From contig NIVC01000356.1 of assembly GCA_002269645.1 (NCBI GenBank), positions 186,001 through 250,000 on the forward strand: 64,000 nucleotides of DNA. Reading direction: 5' to 3'. This stretch comes from Macrostomum lignano. Lineage: Eukaryota. Both the position numbers and the translations under genes were made by a program. The notes under the pieces are model-generated. The model was given only the letters and a program-made list of their open reading frames with translations, was not told the DNA's origin and did no database searches. Positions 1 to 12,589 of this stretch are shown here, piece by piece (the stretch's first letter is position 1; each line of letters begins with the position of its first letter).

Positions 1-716
1 CTTCAGCGGAAAATTTCAAAGTTTCCCAGGTGTCTAAATAATTTCGTTTATTGGTCAAATGATGAATAGACACTGCTTCCAAGCCAGATTCTTAGAGGTC
101 CATGGCCCGGCCTAGTCTACGCTCGTAACACGCTGCAGACTCGAACAATTTCGAGCCCTAAAGAAAAGAAATAAGGTAATGCTTATGAAAGCATTCAAGA
201 TAAAATATTGAGCGCGAAACTGTGTTTAAGAGAGACAGATGCTTCAGCTGCGAGCCCTGTCCTTGTATTGTTCATCGGGCCGTACTGTGCGCAGCTTTGC
301 AACCGCAGTACCTGCAGAACAGCAGTCGCACGGTTTTCTTTATGCATTTAGCTACTTAAGAAGATCCATGTAGCTGGAGCTTATCTGGTTAAATGCCTTG
401 GTTAGAAGCAGTCTTATCAAGATTTAATACAATTTGCCAAGCCTTCTTGTGCTAAGCAACTTTGAACAGCGATTCCTTAGAGATTCAGAGTAGCCAAAAA
501 TTAGTGAATTCTTTGTTCAACACAGAAAAGACCTGATTATTGGAGAGAACCCACAATGCCTGACAAAAAGGAAGATCATTCTGACGAAATCTCTAATGGT
601 AAGTTGCAAGATGTGCAAAGCACATTCAAGCGGATGTCACTTTGTTATTGAACAAACAATATCGCCCCAAAACTTCAGACATTATTACTCAGCCGCCGCT
701 GGCGAAAGAGCGAGAC

Positions 717-3700
717 ATGAGCGGCAGGAGCGACTTTCTAAGAAAGGTGAAGAGCGGAATTTACGAAGCTGTGAAGAACTACCTAGCTAATAGCGATGGA
801 GTTTGTGAAGCTCTGGCAGACAAAGACTACTGCGAACGGAATGCCTTGATTCTAGCTGCCATTAATAAAGACCTTCCGATGACGAATTTGCTGCTTCAGA
901 ACAGGAGCTGGAACTTGAAAATTGACTGTCGGGTAAGATTCTTCATACTACCGTAGAAACTTCTGTGTCTGGATATTGAAAAAGTCAAGGCCGCGGTATA
1001 CCCTGTGTGAGCAAGTGCCTGCGTAGCTTCGTATCCATGCTTGTGCGTGCTCAGGGCTGTGCTCAAAAGCCCTGGCGACTGCAAGTAAACAAATACCGAC
1101 CAACCCTTCCAGGACATTCAGGGCCTCACCGCCCTCGCGCACGCAGCGGAGAGGAACGCTGCTGACGTGGTCAGCGCCCTCCTGGAGGCTGGAGCCGACC
1201 ACCGACTGCCGGACTGCTGCGACAACACGCCGATCATTTTGTGCGCCAAGGAGGGGAACCTCGACGCCATCGGAGCGCTGGCTCCGTTTGTTAAGGATGT
1301 CAAAGACTGGCAGGTGAAAGGCGATTTCGATTTGACAGCCGAGGAGTGGGCCAGACGCATGAAGCACTCGGAAGTGGAGGCCTTCATCAGGTCCAGGTAG
1401 GAATAATCAGTCTTAGGCTGACGAAGTAGAAACTGCAGCATCATTTATTTTTAATTGCTTTGCAGAATCTATGAAATGAGTAGCCATCGAATTTCTATGA
1501 GCGAATCGGAAACATGTGGCAATGACGACACTACTGATCCGACTCAGCCTGAGTCTGTATGTACTTTAAAGAGCGATGGAGATACACGTGCAGCAAAAAA
1601 TGGTGAAGATTCACTCAAAGGTCACGCTAAGACCGCAAAGTACTGCAGTGATGGTGACGGTAAAGAAGTTAATAAAAATAGCTCAAATGTCGGTTGTTCG
1701 GTTGAAGTTGGCGACGATAAATATCTGAGCGCAGTTGAACAGTTTCTGCGATTTTGTGGTAAACTAAATGATATTGCTGAAGATAGTCGGTTGAATAGGC
1801 CTCTCGTTCATCAAGAAATTTTTAATTACTCTATCATTGATCTTCTCACAGAATTTGGAATCAGAAAATTGGTGCTATTGATAAAATATTTAGACAGGGG
1901 CGTCAAACCTACACGCTTACAAGGGGAAAAAAGTTGCGCTAAAAGAACTAGTACGAATGGTGGAGAGGGAGACGAAAAAGACAATGGCGGAAGCGGTGGC
2001 GGAAGCAGTGGCGGAAACAGTGGCGGAAGCGGTGGCGGAAATGGTGGCGGAAATGGTGGTGGAAATGGTGGCGGCAACAATGGCGGAAGCGGTGGCGGAA
2101 GCAGTGGCGGAAACAGTGGCGGAAGCGGTGGCGGAAGCAGTGGCGGAAACAGTGGCGGAAACAGTGGCGGAAGCGGTGGCGGAAATGGTGGCGGAAATGG
2201 TGGCGGAAATGGTGGCGGCAACAATGGCGGAAGCGGTGGCGGAAGCGGTGGCGGAAGCAGTGGCGGAAACAGTGGCGGAAACAGTGGCGGAAGCGGTGGC
2301 GGAAATGGTGGCGGAAACAGTGGCGGAAATGGTGGCGGAAACAGTGGCGGAAATGGTGGCGGAAACAGTGGCGGAAACAGTAGCGGAAGCGGTGGCGGAA
2401 ATGGTGGCGGAAATGGTGGTGGAAATGGTGGCGGCAACAATGGCGGAAGCGGTGGCGGAAGCAGTGGCGGAAACAGTGGCGGAAGCGGTGGCGGAAGCAG
2501 TGGCGGAAACAGTGGCGGAAACAGTGGCGGAAGCGGTGGCGGAAATGGTGGCGGAAATGGTGGCGGAAATGGTGGCGGCAACAATGGCGGAAGCGGTGGC
2601 GGAAGCGGTGGCGGAAGCAGTGGCGGAAACAGTGGCGGAAACAGTGGCGGAAGCGGTGGCGGAAATGGTGGCGGAAACAGTGGCGGAAATGGTGGCGGAA
2701 ACAGTGGCGGAAATGGTGGCGGAAACAGTGGCGGAAACAGTGGTGGAAGCGGTGGCGGAAATGGTGGCGGAAATGGTGGCGGAAATGGTGGCGGAAATGG
2801 TGGCGGAAACAGTGGCGGAAATGGTGGCGGAAACAGTGGCGGAAGCGTTGGCGGAAACAGTGGCGGAAACAGTGGCGGAAGCGGTGGCGGAAATGGTGGC
2901 GGAAACAGTGGCGGAAGCGGTGGCGGAAATGGTGGCGGAAACAGTGGCGGAAACAGTGGCGGAAACAGTGGCGGAAACAGTGGCGGAAGCGTTGGCGGAA
3001 ACAGTGGCGGAAACAGTGGCGGAAACAGTGGCGGAAACAGTGGCGGAAATGGTGGCGGAAATGGTGGCGGAAATGGTGGCGGAAACAGTGGCGGAAATGG
3101 TGGCGGAAACAGTGGCGGAAACAGTGGCGGAAATGGTGGCGGAAATGGTGGCGGAAATGGTGGCGGAAACAGTGGCGGAAATGGTGGCGGAAACAGTGGC
3201 GGAAACAGTGGCGGAAACAGTGGCGGAAGCGTTGGCGGAAACAGTGGCGGAAACAGTGGCGGAAACAGTGGCGGAAGCGTTGGCGGAAACAGTGGCGGAA
3301 ACAGTGGCGGAAACAGTGGCGGAAACAGTGGCGGAAACAGTGGCGGAAGCGTTGGCGGAAACAGTGGCGGAAACAGTGGCGGAAACAGTGGCGGAAAAAG
3401 TGGCGGAAACAGTGGCGGAAACAGTGGCGGAAACAGTGGCGGAAGCGTTGGCGGAAACAGTGGCGGAAACAGTGGCGGAAGCGGTGGCGGAAACAGTGGC
3501 GGAAACAGTGGCGGAAGCGGTGGCGGAAACAGTGGCGGAAACAGTGGCGGAAGCGCTGGCGGCAACAGTGGCGGAAGCGGTGGCGGCAACAGTGGCGGAA
3601 ACAGTGGCGGAAGCGGTGGCGGAAATGGTGGCGGAAATGGTGGCGGAAATGGTGGTGGAAACAATGGCGGAAACAGTGGCGGAAGCGGTGGTGGAAGCGG

Positions 3701-4622
3701 TGGCGGAAGCGGTGGCGGAAGCGGTGGCGGAAGCGGTGGCGGAAGCGGTGGCGGAAGCGGTGGCGGAAGCGGTGGCGGAAGCGGTTGCAGAAACAGTGGC
3801 GGAAATGGTGGCGGAAACAGTGGCGGAAACAGTGGCGAAAGCGGTGGCGGAAGCAGTGGCGGAAGCGGTGGCGGAAGCGGTGGCGGAAACGGTGGTGGAA
3901 GCGGTTGCGGAAACAGTGGCGGAAACGACGATGCAGAAAGAAGTACAAGAAGTCATGATGCTGCAGAACCTGGTAACCAAGCAGATGATATGAATCTGTT
4001 TGAAGAGAACTATGAATTTGAAAACAAAGCCGCTTACATCATAATGTGCAGCCACATAAAAGAGCCCTCTGGAATATACGTTTCGAGTCATGCGGTGGAA
4101 CAAATCGTTGCGAATGAAATTCCCATTATAATTAGGAGGCTCGGCCTAGCTCTAGCTGAATTTCTTCAACTCAGAGTTGCCGCCGACCTCACGGAGAGCC
4201 ACATTGATCGATTTGTTGGCGCGCAGGAGGGCCTGGTGGCCCAGTTCCTGGTGGATTTTTGCTCCATAGGCTCTGAGAAAAGAGACGTCCTGCTCCGCCC
4301 CAGGGCAGACGTGAACCTTTTCATTGTTCAAGGCTATGCAGAGGTTGTAGACGGTGCCATTGTCACTTCCTGGCCAGTACGGACATCTGACAGCCACCCG
4401 AACAGCCTGTACACATGGAGCCACTCCGCTGGCGAGGAGTTGCACTGCAGCCAATTCTTCGACTGCTTCAAAGAGCGCGTGCAGCAGAATGGATTGCTGC
4501 AGCGTCACGAAGAGTTCAGGCTCACAATGAGGCACGTTTGCCATGAAACACAGTGTCAGACAAGTAACAAGCAAAATCCGCGCGTGAATATGTATCTACA
4601 GAAAAATTTGTACTTGCAGTGA
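717..4622 (+). CDS. Ankyrin-repeat / Gly-rich repeat protein, predicted exons 717-932, 1113-1396, 1466-4622 (about 1218 aa)
   Basis: Ankyrin-type motifs: ERNALILAAINKDLPMTNLLL, GLTALAHAAERNAADVVSALLEAGAD, DNTPIILCAKEGNLDAIGAL. Phase-0 intron 933-1112 (CGG|GTAAGA...CCTTCCAG|GAC). Phase-2 intron 1397-1465 (AG|GTAGGA...TTTAATTGCTTTGCAG|A) joins in frame to ORF 1455-4622. An unspliced alternative stops at 1400 (167 aa). A possible further donor GTGAGT lies at 4619. Confidence 0.6.
1984..3925 (+). repeat. 12-bp coding minisatellite (GGCGGAAACAGT / GGCGGAAGCGGT / GGCGGAAATGGT) encoding GGNS/GGSG/GGNG
   Basis: Directly visible tandem array. The reading frame is kept between unique flanks. A 360-bp higher-order duplication is visible (lines 2041-2340 equal lines 2401-2700). 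Confidence 0.95.
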
Positions 4623-4936
4623 GTGCACTTCGGTAATTTTATAATGTTTCTAAATTTTCTATTGCACTAAGATATTTTGCACGATATTTTGCTTAAACAT
4701 GGATGCTCTACGAACATTTTATTTAAAGTTTTTTTTACGGTAAGCATACGTAGAGCCTCGTGTCTGCGAATCTTTTAATTATTGAATAATATTGTAATTC
4801 TCCGATGGTTTCAGCATACAGAAAAATTAACTACAGGTCAACGATCGGAGACACGCCTCCTCAGACATTCAGATTGATATTCGACCAACTTATTAGCAGC
4901 CGTCAGTTACTATAAGATAAAATCACACCCATCATT

Positions 4937-5077
4937 GACCATAGACATATACGAGCGTAAAAGCCCCGATTTAATCATTAACGAAAAGCAACAACTCTGC
5001 CAATTACCATAGACAACCGGTGGAAATCTATTCCCGAGCACTTGGTTTAGTTTGATTCATTAAAATAGTCTATGGTC
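4937..5077. mobile_element. Possible small MITE-like inverted-repeat element
   Basis: GACCATAGAC (4937-4946) and GTCTATGGTC (5068-5077) form a perfect 10-bp inverted repeat. No TSD verified. Confidence 0.25.
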
Positions 5078-5762
5078 GTACTCGTATAGGACGGGCTTTG
5101 CCCACCCACAAACCTCACACTGAATGTCGCAGTGTAACAGGCAGTGTGATTGGCACATAAATAGTACAGCGTCAATAAACTGACGTCGGTAGGTCCTGGT
5201 TTATCTCAATCTGTGCGTTTTCGTTCAGTTCAAAACGACGTTTTCATTCTTAATCTAACCATGTTTATTTATTTTGCTACACACTGCGATATTTATGACG
5301 TCAGTCAGTTGGTTGATGGCTATTATTTATTCTTTTAAGATGCCAATTATGACCGAAAAAGACTCAAGTAATACTGAAATAAATGAAGTGTTCTATTAAT
5401 TTTTTTCTGGTTCAGATTCATTGTTTAAATTTAAAATTGTAGTTATTGATTTTATTAAGTAATTGATGCGATTAGGAGACACTACTCAACGGAAAAGTAT
5501 GTCCTTAGAAATGTTACAGTTTAAATAGCAAACCAAGATCACGTAAGAGGACAGGACCTGCCCAAAGTCCCCATGTGAGGGTGGAGAGTGAAGTGAAGTT
5601 TAAGTTTAGTTTAAGCCTAAGGATAAAGTAATTTACCTAAGGACTTAAGAAGATATAGAGGCGTAATTTAAATTCTAACAAAATACATCAAAGACATGAC
5701 TGACCCTCGATGTGTGCATTAAATATTGTAAGTATAATTTTAATATTATTATGACTCCAGGA

Positions 5763-6131
5763 AAAAAATCCGCAGCGAGGAATGCCCCTTCTGCCTCTCC
5801 GGTGTCGAGAATGCGGAGCACTTCATCTGTGACTGCCCCGCCTTTACTCAGGACAAGCTCACCTACCTCGGCCCAAACCCGGACCTCTCCGACGTTTTTA
5901 AGCCCGAGAATCTCTGCCAGCTCGTCCCTACCTAAGGGCTACCGGGCGAGCGACAATCCACCTCCTGGACTCTCCGGAGGGGGACCGCGCTGCGGACACC
6001 GGCACCACCGGATCTCTCTGCGCGACACCGCAGCACCAGCTGCCCGTGGTCGCCAGGGGCTGGCGGAATGGGCGGCAACGCCTCCTCGCTGCATCCGGAT
6101 GCCCGGAGCCCCCTGCAGCTGAGTCAAGTAA
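5763..6131 (+). mobile_element. 5'-truncated non-LTR retrotransposon 3' fragment (ORF2 C-terminal CCHC finger plus 3' UTR)
   Basis: Translates [33 protein letters not shown], similar to CSFCNSGDETAEHFVSICPAF of the full LINE at 37228-43121. Ends CCCTGCAGCTGAGTCAAG versus CCCTGCAGCTAAGTTAAG in that LINE. A near-identical inverted copy lies at 61036-61395. Confidence 0.85.
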
Positions 6132-6580
6132 GTCTCGCTTGTCGCCGATGTCTCCAGGTCTCGAAGGCATCGTGCATGTACTGCAGGGTGAACTCCGATC
6201 ATTGCCGAGATTCAGGTAGGCAAACTGTCTCCTGTCCTATCTTTGCTACTGGCATGAGTAGGTACTACGGGATATTTTTTGTTTTAAAAAACTTCACTGC
6301 ACATCAAACAACGCAGGATGGATGCTTCGTGCTGTGCCTTCATAAAACATGCAGTAAATATTGGGACAAGGGACTCATTGGGTAGGCGGGACCACAAAGA
6401 TGACAGATTGCTGGTGATGTCAAATTGGGCCGCTTCATTCAGGTCAGGTCCGTTTGATGAGCAAATCTTGCCGAAATTTGAACTGGAAGGCTTTGGAATC
6501 CATAAAGCAGACTAAAGGTGAGTCAGAAACTGGAAGATAAAATCAGTAGCCGATGGCACAGTATATTCTGTGAGCCAATG

Positions 6581-8278
6581 GAGAAGAGAGGCAGATTCTC
6601 AAGCACTGATGGAGAGCGGAGAGGCAGATTCTCAAGCACTGATGAAGAGCGGAGAGGCAGATTCTCAAGCACTGATGGGGAGCGGAGAGGCAGATTCTCA
6701 AGCACTGATGGGGAGCGGAGAGGCAGGTTCTCAAGCACTGATGAGAGCGGAGAGGCAGATTCTCAAGCACTGATGGAGCGGAGAGGCAGATTCTCAAGCA
6801 CTGATGGGGAGCGGAGAGGCAGGTTCTCAAGCACTGATGAAGAGCGGAGAGGCAGATTCTCAAGCACTGATGGGGAGCGGAGAGGCAGATTCTCAAGCAC
6901 TGATGGGGAGCGGAGAGGCAGATTCTCAAGCACTGATGGGGAGCGGAGAGGCAGATTCTCAAGCACTGATGGGGAGCGGAGAGGCAGATTCTCAAGCACT
7001 GATGGAGAGCGGAGAGGCAGATTCTCAAGCACTGATGGGGAGCGGAGAGGCAGATTCTCAAGCACTGATGGGAGCGGAGAGGCAGATTCTCAAGCACTGA
7101 TGGAGAGCGGAGAGGCAGATTCTCAAGCACTGATGGAGAGCGGAGAGGCAGATTCTCAAGCACTGATGGAGAGCGGAGAGGCAGATTCTCAAGCACTGAT
7201 GGAGAGCGGAGAGGCAGATTCTCAAGCACTGATGGAGAGCGGAGAGGCAGATTCTCAAGCACTGATGGGGAGCGGAGAGGCAGATTCTCAAGCACTGATG
7301 GGAGCGGAGAGGCAGATTCTCAAGCACTGATGGGAGCGGAGAGGCAGATTCTCAAGCACTGATGGAGAGCGGAGAGGCAGATTCTCAAGCACTGATGGGA
7401 GCGGAGAGGCAGATTCTCAAGCACTGATGGGGAGCGGAGAGGCAGATTCTCAAGCACTGATGGGAGCGGAGAGGCAGATTCTCAAGCACTGATGGGGAGC
7501 GGAGAGGCAGATTCTCAAGCACTGATGGAGAGCGGAGAGGCAGATTCTCAAGCACTGATGGGGAGCGGAGAGGCAGATTCTCAAGCACTGATGGAGAGCG
7601 GAGAGGCAGATTCTCAAGCACTGATGGAGAGCGGAGAGGCAGATTCTCAAGCACTGATGGAGAGCGGAGAGGCAGATTCTCAAGCACTGATGGAGAGCGG
7701 AGAGGCAGATTCTCAAGCACTGATGGAGAGCGGAGAGGCAGATTCTCAAGCACTGATGGAGAGCGGAGAGGCAGATTCTCAAGCACTGATGGGAGCGGAG
7801 AGGCAGATTCTCAAGCACTGATGGGGAGCGGAGAGGCAGATTCTCAAGCACTGATGGGAGCGGAGAGGCAGATTCTCAAGCACTGATGGAGAGCGGAGAG
7901 GCAGATTCTCAAGCACTGATGGGAGCGGAGAGGCAGATTCTCAAGCACTGATGGGAGCGGAGAGGCAGATTCTCAAGCACTGATGGGAGCGGAGAGGCAG
8001 ATTCTCAAGCACTGATGGAGAGCGGAGAGGCAGATTCTCAAGCACTGATGGGAGCGGAGAGGCAGATTCTCAAGCACTGATGGGGAGCGGAGAGGCAGAT
8101 TCTCAAGCACTGATGGGAGCGGAGAGGCAGATTCTCAAGCACTGATGGGAGCGGAGAGGCAGATTCTCAAGCACTGATGGAGAGCGGAGAGGCAGATTCT
8201 CAAGCACTGATGGAGAGCGGAGAGGCAGATTCTCAAGCACTGATGGGGAGCGGAGAGGCAGAGTCTCAAGCACTGATG
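6581..8278. repeat. 32/33-bp minisatellite (GAGCGGAGAGGCAGATTCTCAAGCACTGATGG[A/G])
   Basis: About 50 tandem copies visible. The ORFs over it are artefacts. Confidence 0.95.
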
Positions 8279-9154
8279 GGGCGCAGTGTGAGAAGCAGGA
8301 ACGAGCCATCAAAGAGACGTAGATTAACCGAGGTGCAGCATAGAGCTCATTAAAAATGAGCAAAAATCCAGTAAGCCTATTGAAGCGTCAAGCTCATCTG
8401 CATGTACAAGCAGGCATCTGCATGCTCCATACTGCAGCTGCAGACGGACCTAAGTTAGAAAAGCAAAGCCAATTACATGCTTAGATCGTTGCATCGGGGT
8501 CGGAGAGGGGGCGAGGGGGTTCGAGCGCCTCAAAGGACCCGCGAATCAAAGGATAGAAAAGTTGTCACGGCGCCGGGGCACCATGCGTGCTGCAGGCAGC
8601 CACCGGGATTGAGTTGCCTCGTCTAGCGAAGCTCTGGAGCCGGAGCTGCACTGAATGACGGCTTGATTAGAAATGCGTTCGGCCGCGCAGGACAGCAAGC
8701 CGAGGAGACAGAGATGAAGCTGGATAAGGGCAGGCTATGAAGGAGATAGAGTAAGGGATAGAAGGCGCCCGAAACAGGAAATGAGGAAGCTGTGCGGTCA
8801 GAGGGGTTAATGATGTCGGCATGGCTAAGGCAGAGGATTTAGTTTTGCCTCTGTCCGGGACATGGAATAGAGACACTTATCTTCACTTTGAAGATGACGC
8901 TCTGGCGCTGGGATGGGAGTTTGAGGATGGGCTGGGCCTCCCATGGGGATTTGAGCACCTCTTGAACTACTCATTCGCTTTGAGCTGATGGAGTAACGAC
9001 TGGCTACTCGATTCGACTCGAAGATTCCTTAGACGAATAATCTCCAAGTGGGATTTTCTACTGTGGAGAAGTTGAAAGATTGCCTAATTTGGTTCCGGTG
9101 CTGCGATTTAGCGAAGCATCGATGCTACTTTTCGATTTAATATATTCTTTTCTA

Positions 9155-9795
9155 ATCTGATCTAATCTAATCTAATCTAATCTAATCTAATCTAGTTTAA
9201 TTTAAACTTATCTAATCTCATCTAATCTAATCTCATCTAATCTAATCTAATCTAATCTAATCTCATCTAATCTAATCTCACCTAATCTAATCTCATCTAA
9301 TCTAATCTAATCTAGTTTAATTTAAACTAATCTAATTTAATCTAATCTAATCTAATCTCATCTAATCTAATCTAAACTAATCTAATCTTATCTAATCTAA
9401 TAAAGTCTAATCTAATCTAATCTAATCGAGTCTAATCTAATCTAATCTATTCTAATCTAATTTAAAGTGATCTAATCTCATCTAATCTAATCTAAACTAA
9501 TCTAATCTAATCTAACCTAATCTAATCTAATTAAGTCTAATCTAATCTAATCTAATCTAATCTAATCTAATCTAATCTGATCTAATAAAGTCTAATCTAA
9601 TCTAATCAAGTCTAATCTAATCTAATTTAATCTAATCTAATCAAGTCTCATCTAATCAAGTCTAATATAATCTAATTTAATTTAACCTAATCTAATCTAA
9701 TCTAATCTAATCTAATCTAATATATTCTATTCTATTCTATTCTTATCTGATCTATTCTTTTCTATTCGGATTAGATCTAATCTGAACTAATCTAA
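9155..9795. repeat. (TCTAA)n pentanucleotide microsatellite
   Basis: Degenerate TCTAA array visible directly. Confidence 0.95.
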
Positions 9796-10295
9796 TCGAT
9801 GATGATAAGAAAACTGTCTAATTTAGTAGCACAGTTCTGAGTATAAAATGAAGGATGGAAGACCGCAGTCTCAAAAAGCTAAGTGCCAATAGAAATCCAT
9901 CCATTCTTCACCGGCCCATTCTGCACTTCTTCGGCGCAGGAAATGATTAACGACTTTAGATTGGCTCGCTACTGCACTGTTGCACCGGTCACACTATGGA
10001 TGCGGGAGGCTGGCCGATCCACACCGCTCTTGTGAAAACAGCAGCAGAGAAAGAAAGAGAGAGCTCCAAGCGGTCTCAGAGACCCTTCTGTTTGCAGGGC
10101 TGGGGTTGGGAAAACTGATTAAAATTCATTGATCCATCAGGCCCCTCCTCCCTCTCCCTCTCTTTCTCTCTCTTCTCTCCATCTTTCAATTACTCTCAGT
10201 TTTTTTATCCTGTCACACTTTTTTCTGTTGGTTTCTTCTTTGGCTCTCGAATTGGACTCTTGGCGAAGAAAACTTTCACTACATATCGGCGAGAA

Positions 10296-11385
10296 TGGCT
10301 ATAGCTTCTGCAAGAGGTACCATAGCTTCTGCAAGAGGTACCATAGCTTCTGCAATGGGTACCATAGCTTCTGCAAGAGGTACCATAGCTTCTGCAAGAG
10401 GTACCATAGCTTCTGCAATGGGTACCATAGCTTCTGCAAGAGGTATCATAGCTTCTGCAATGGGTACCATAGCTTCTGCAAGAGGTACCATAGCTTCAGC
10501 AAGAGGTACCATAGCTTCTGCAAGAGGTACCATAGCTTCTGCAAGAGGTACCATAGCTTCTGCAAGAGGTACCATAGCTTCTGCAAGAGGTACCATAGCT
10601 TCTGCAAGAGGTACCATAGCTTCTGCAAGAGGTACCATAGCTTCTGCAAGAGGTACCATAGCTTCTGCAAGAGGTACCATAGCTTCTGCAAGAGGTACCA
10701 TAGCTTCTGCAAGAGGTACCATAGCTTCTGCAAGAGGTACCATAGCTTCTGCAAGAGGTACCATAGCTTCTGCAATGGGTACCATAGCTTCTGCAAGAGG
10801 TACCATAGCTTCTGCAAGAGGTACCATAGCTTCAGCAAGAGGTACCATAGCTTCTGCAAGAGGTACCATAGCTTCTGCAAGAGGTACCATAGCTTCTGCA
10901 AGAGGTACCATAGCTTCTGCAAGAGGTACCATAGCTTCTGCAAGAGGTACCATAGCTTCTGCAAGAGGTACCATAGCTTCTGCAAGAGGTACCATAGCTT
11001 CTGCAAGAGGTACCATAGCTTCTGCAAGAGGTACCATAGCTTCTGCAAGAGGTACCATAGCTTCTGCAATGGGTACCATAGCTTCTGCAAGAGGTACCAT
11101 AGCTTCTGCAAGAGGTACCATAGCTTCTGCAATGGGTACCATAGCTTCTGCAAGAGGTACCATAGCTTCTGCAATGGGTACCATAGCTTCTGCAAGAGGT
11201 ACCATAGCTTCTGCAAGAGGTACCATAGCTTCTGCAAGAGGTACCATAGCTTCAGCAAGAGGTACCATAGCTTCTGCAAGAGGTACCATAGCTTCTGCAA
11301 TGGGTACCATAGCTTCTGCAAGAGGTACCATAGCTTCTGCAAGAGGTACCATAGCTTCTGCAATGGGTACCATAGCTTCTGCAAG
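10296..11385. repeat. 21-bp minisatellite (GTACCATAGCTTCTGCAAGAG)
   Basis: About 50 highly homogeneous copies, with AATGG and TCAG variants. Confidence 0.95.
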
Positions 11386-12589
11386 GGGCGCAAGACCTTC
11401 TGCAACTCGCAGACACCTGATACGTACAAGCCAGCCTGGCAGTGTACCCACACCCCGTACCAAAGGAGGCTGGCCCCTCCTGAGTTAAGGTGACCGCGCC
11501 ACCGAATCGAACCCAGAAGCAACAGTCGGACTCGAGGCGGCATCCTCTGTCAAATTTGTCGATAAGTGGACATTGAACCTGGACATTTCTTATCAGGAAA
11601 ATTCTGCTTCAGCATTGCATGGCTTACAGATGTCCTGAGGGCCTTCATTGATCGGCTGACTACTCTGTTCTGTTTCGAATTTCTGTCAGCGCTTCTCATC
11701 ACCTCCCGAAGGCCTACTTTTCGATGTCAATTTTTGTCACAGGCGGTCAATCAGAAATATGGCTTGAGTTGTAATCCCCCTCCTAGTCTCGTGTAATCCC
11801 CTTGAAGCAGTGAGGCGTTCCAGTGCTCAAGGCTGAGTCCGATCTTAAGTTGCTTTTCTCAATGATACCACTGGATTTGCTGCGAATAGCGTGGGTGAAG
11901 GAACAGACGGTTGACAATGAGGGGAGCGGTTGATGTCACATAAGTCGGAATTGGAGCTACTGAAGCAACTTGTGGCCCTAAACAACCGAGTTGTGGTGCT
12001 AAGGAAGTAAGTTGTGGCGCTAAAGAAGCGAGTTGTAGCGCTAAGGAAGCGAGTTGTGGCGCTAAGGAAGCGAGTTGTAGCGCTAAGGAAGAGAGTTTTT
12101 GCGCTAAAGAAGATGTTAAGCTATACTTGTGACCCAGAATTTCTTGGTAAGGCATACATGTAAGTACGACCGTTCGAGTATTTCTTTTATAACAACACTT
12201 TAGTGCAATCAAGGCAGCTGCGTCATACTCATAAATAATGCATAGATTTCTAAATCTGTGCTCACCAAGACTTTCGGGGAACTCTGTTGCAATCCATCGG
12301 ACACATAGATGAGAAATGCTAGACCGAAGCTAGTGACCTGCACTTTGCATTCGCTTCGTAGCTGTCTGTGCTGCCCAGGCAATTTTACTGAAACAAATTG
12401 ATTGGCCGACTTATCGAATGCGACACAAGTGAGGGAAGTTTGGCTAGCAGAAGGTAGAAAGCACAATTGATTTTTAAAGTCGCATCGACGATTCCACTTC
12501 GATCTTTCGTGTTTTTTAGAACGAAGTGATAAGAAGGGAACTGTGGGAAGGATGCTTCAATTCAGGTTGACGCTGGCGCCTCACGTCAA

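Noticed and set aside
6030-6100. HDV ribozyme suggested by GCGGAATGGG and CCTCCTCGC in the LINE 3' UTR
   Set aside because: The motifs are in the wrong order for the HDV double pseudoknot. A simple nested stem-loop explains them better.
9155-9795. (TTAGA)n as an interstitial telomere
   Set aside because: It matches neither TTAGGG nor TTAGG, and it behaves as a degenerate microsatellite.
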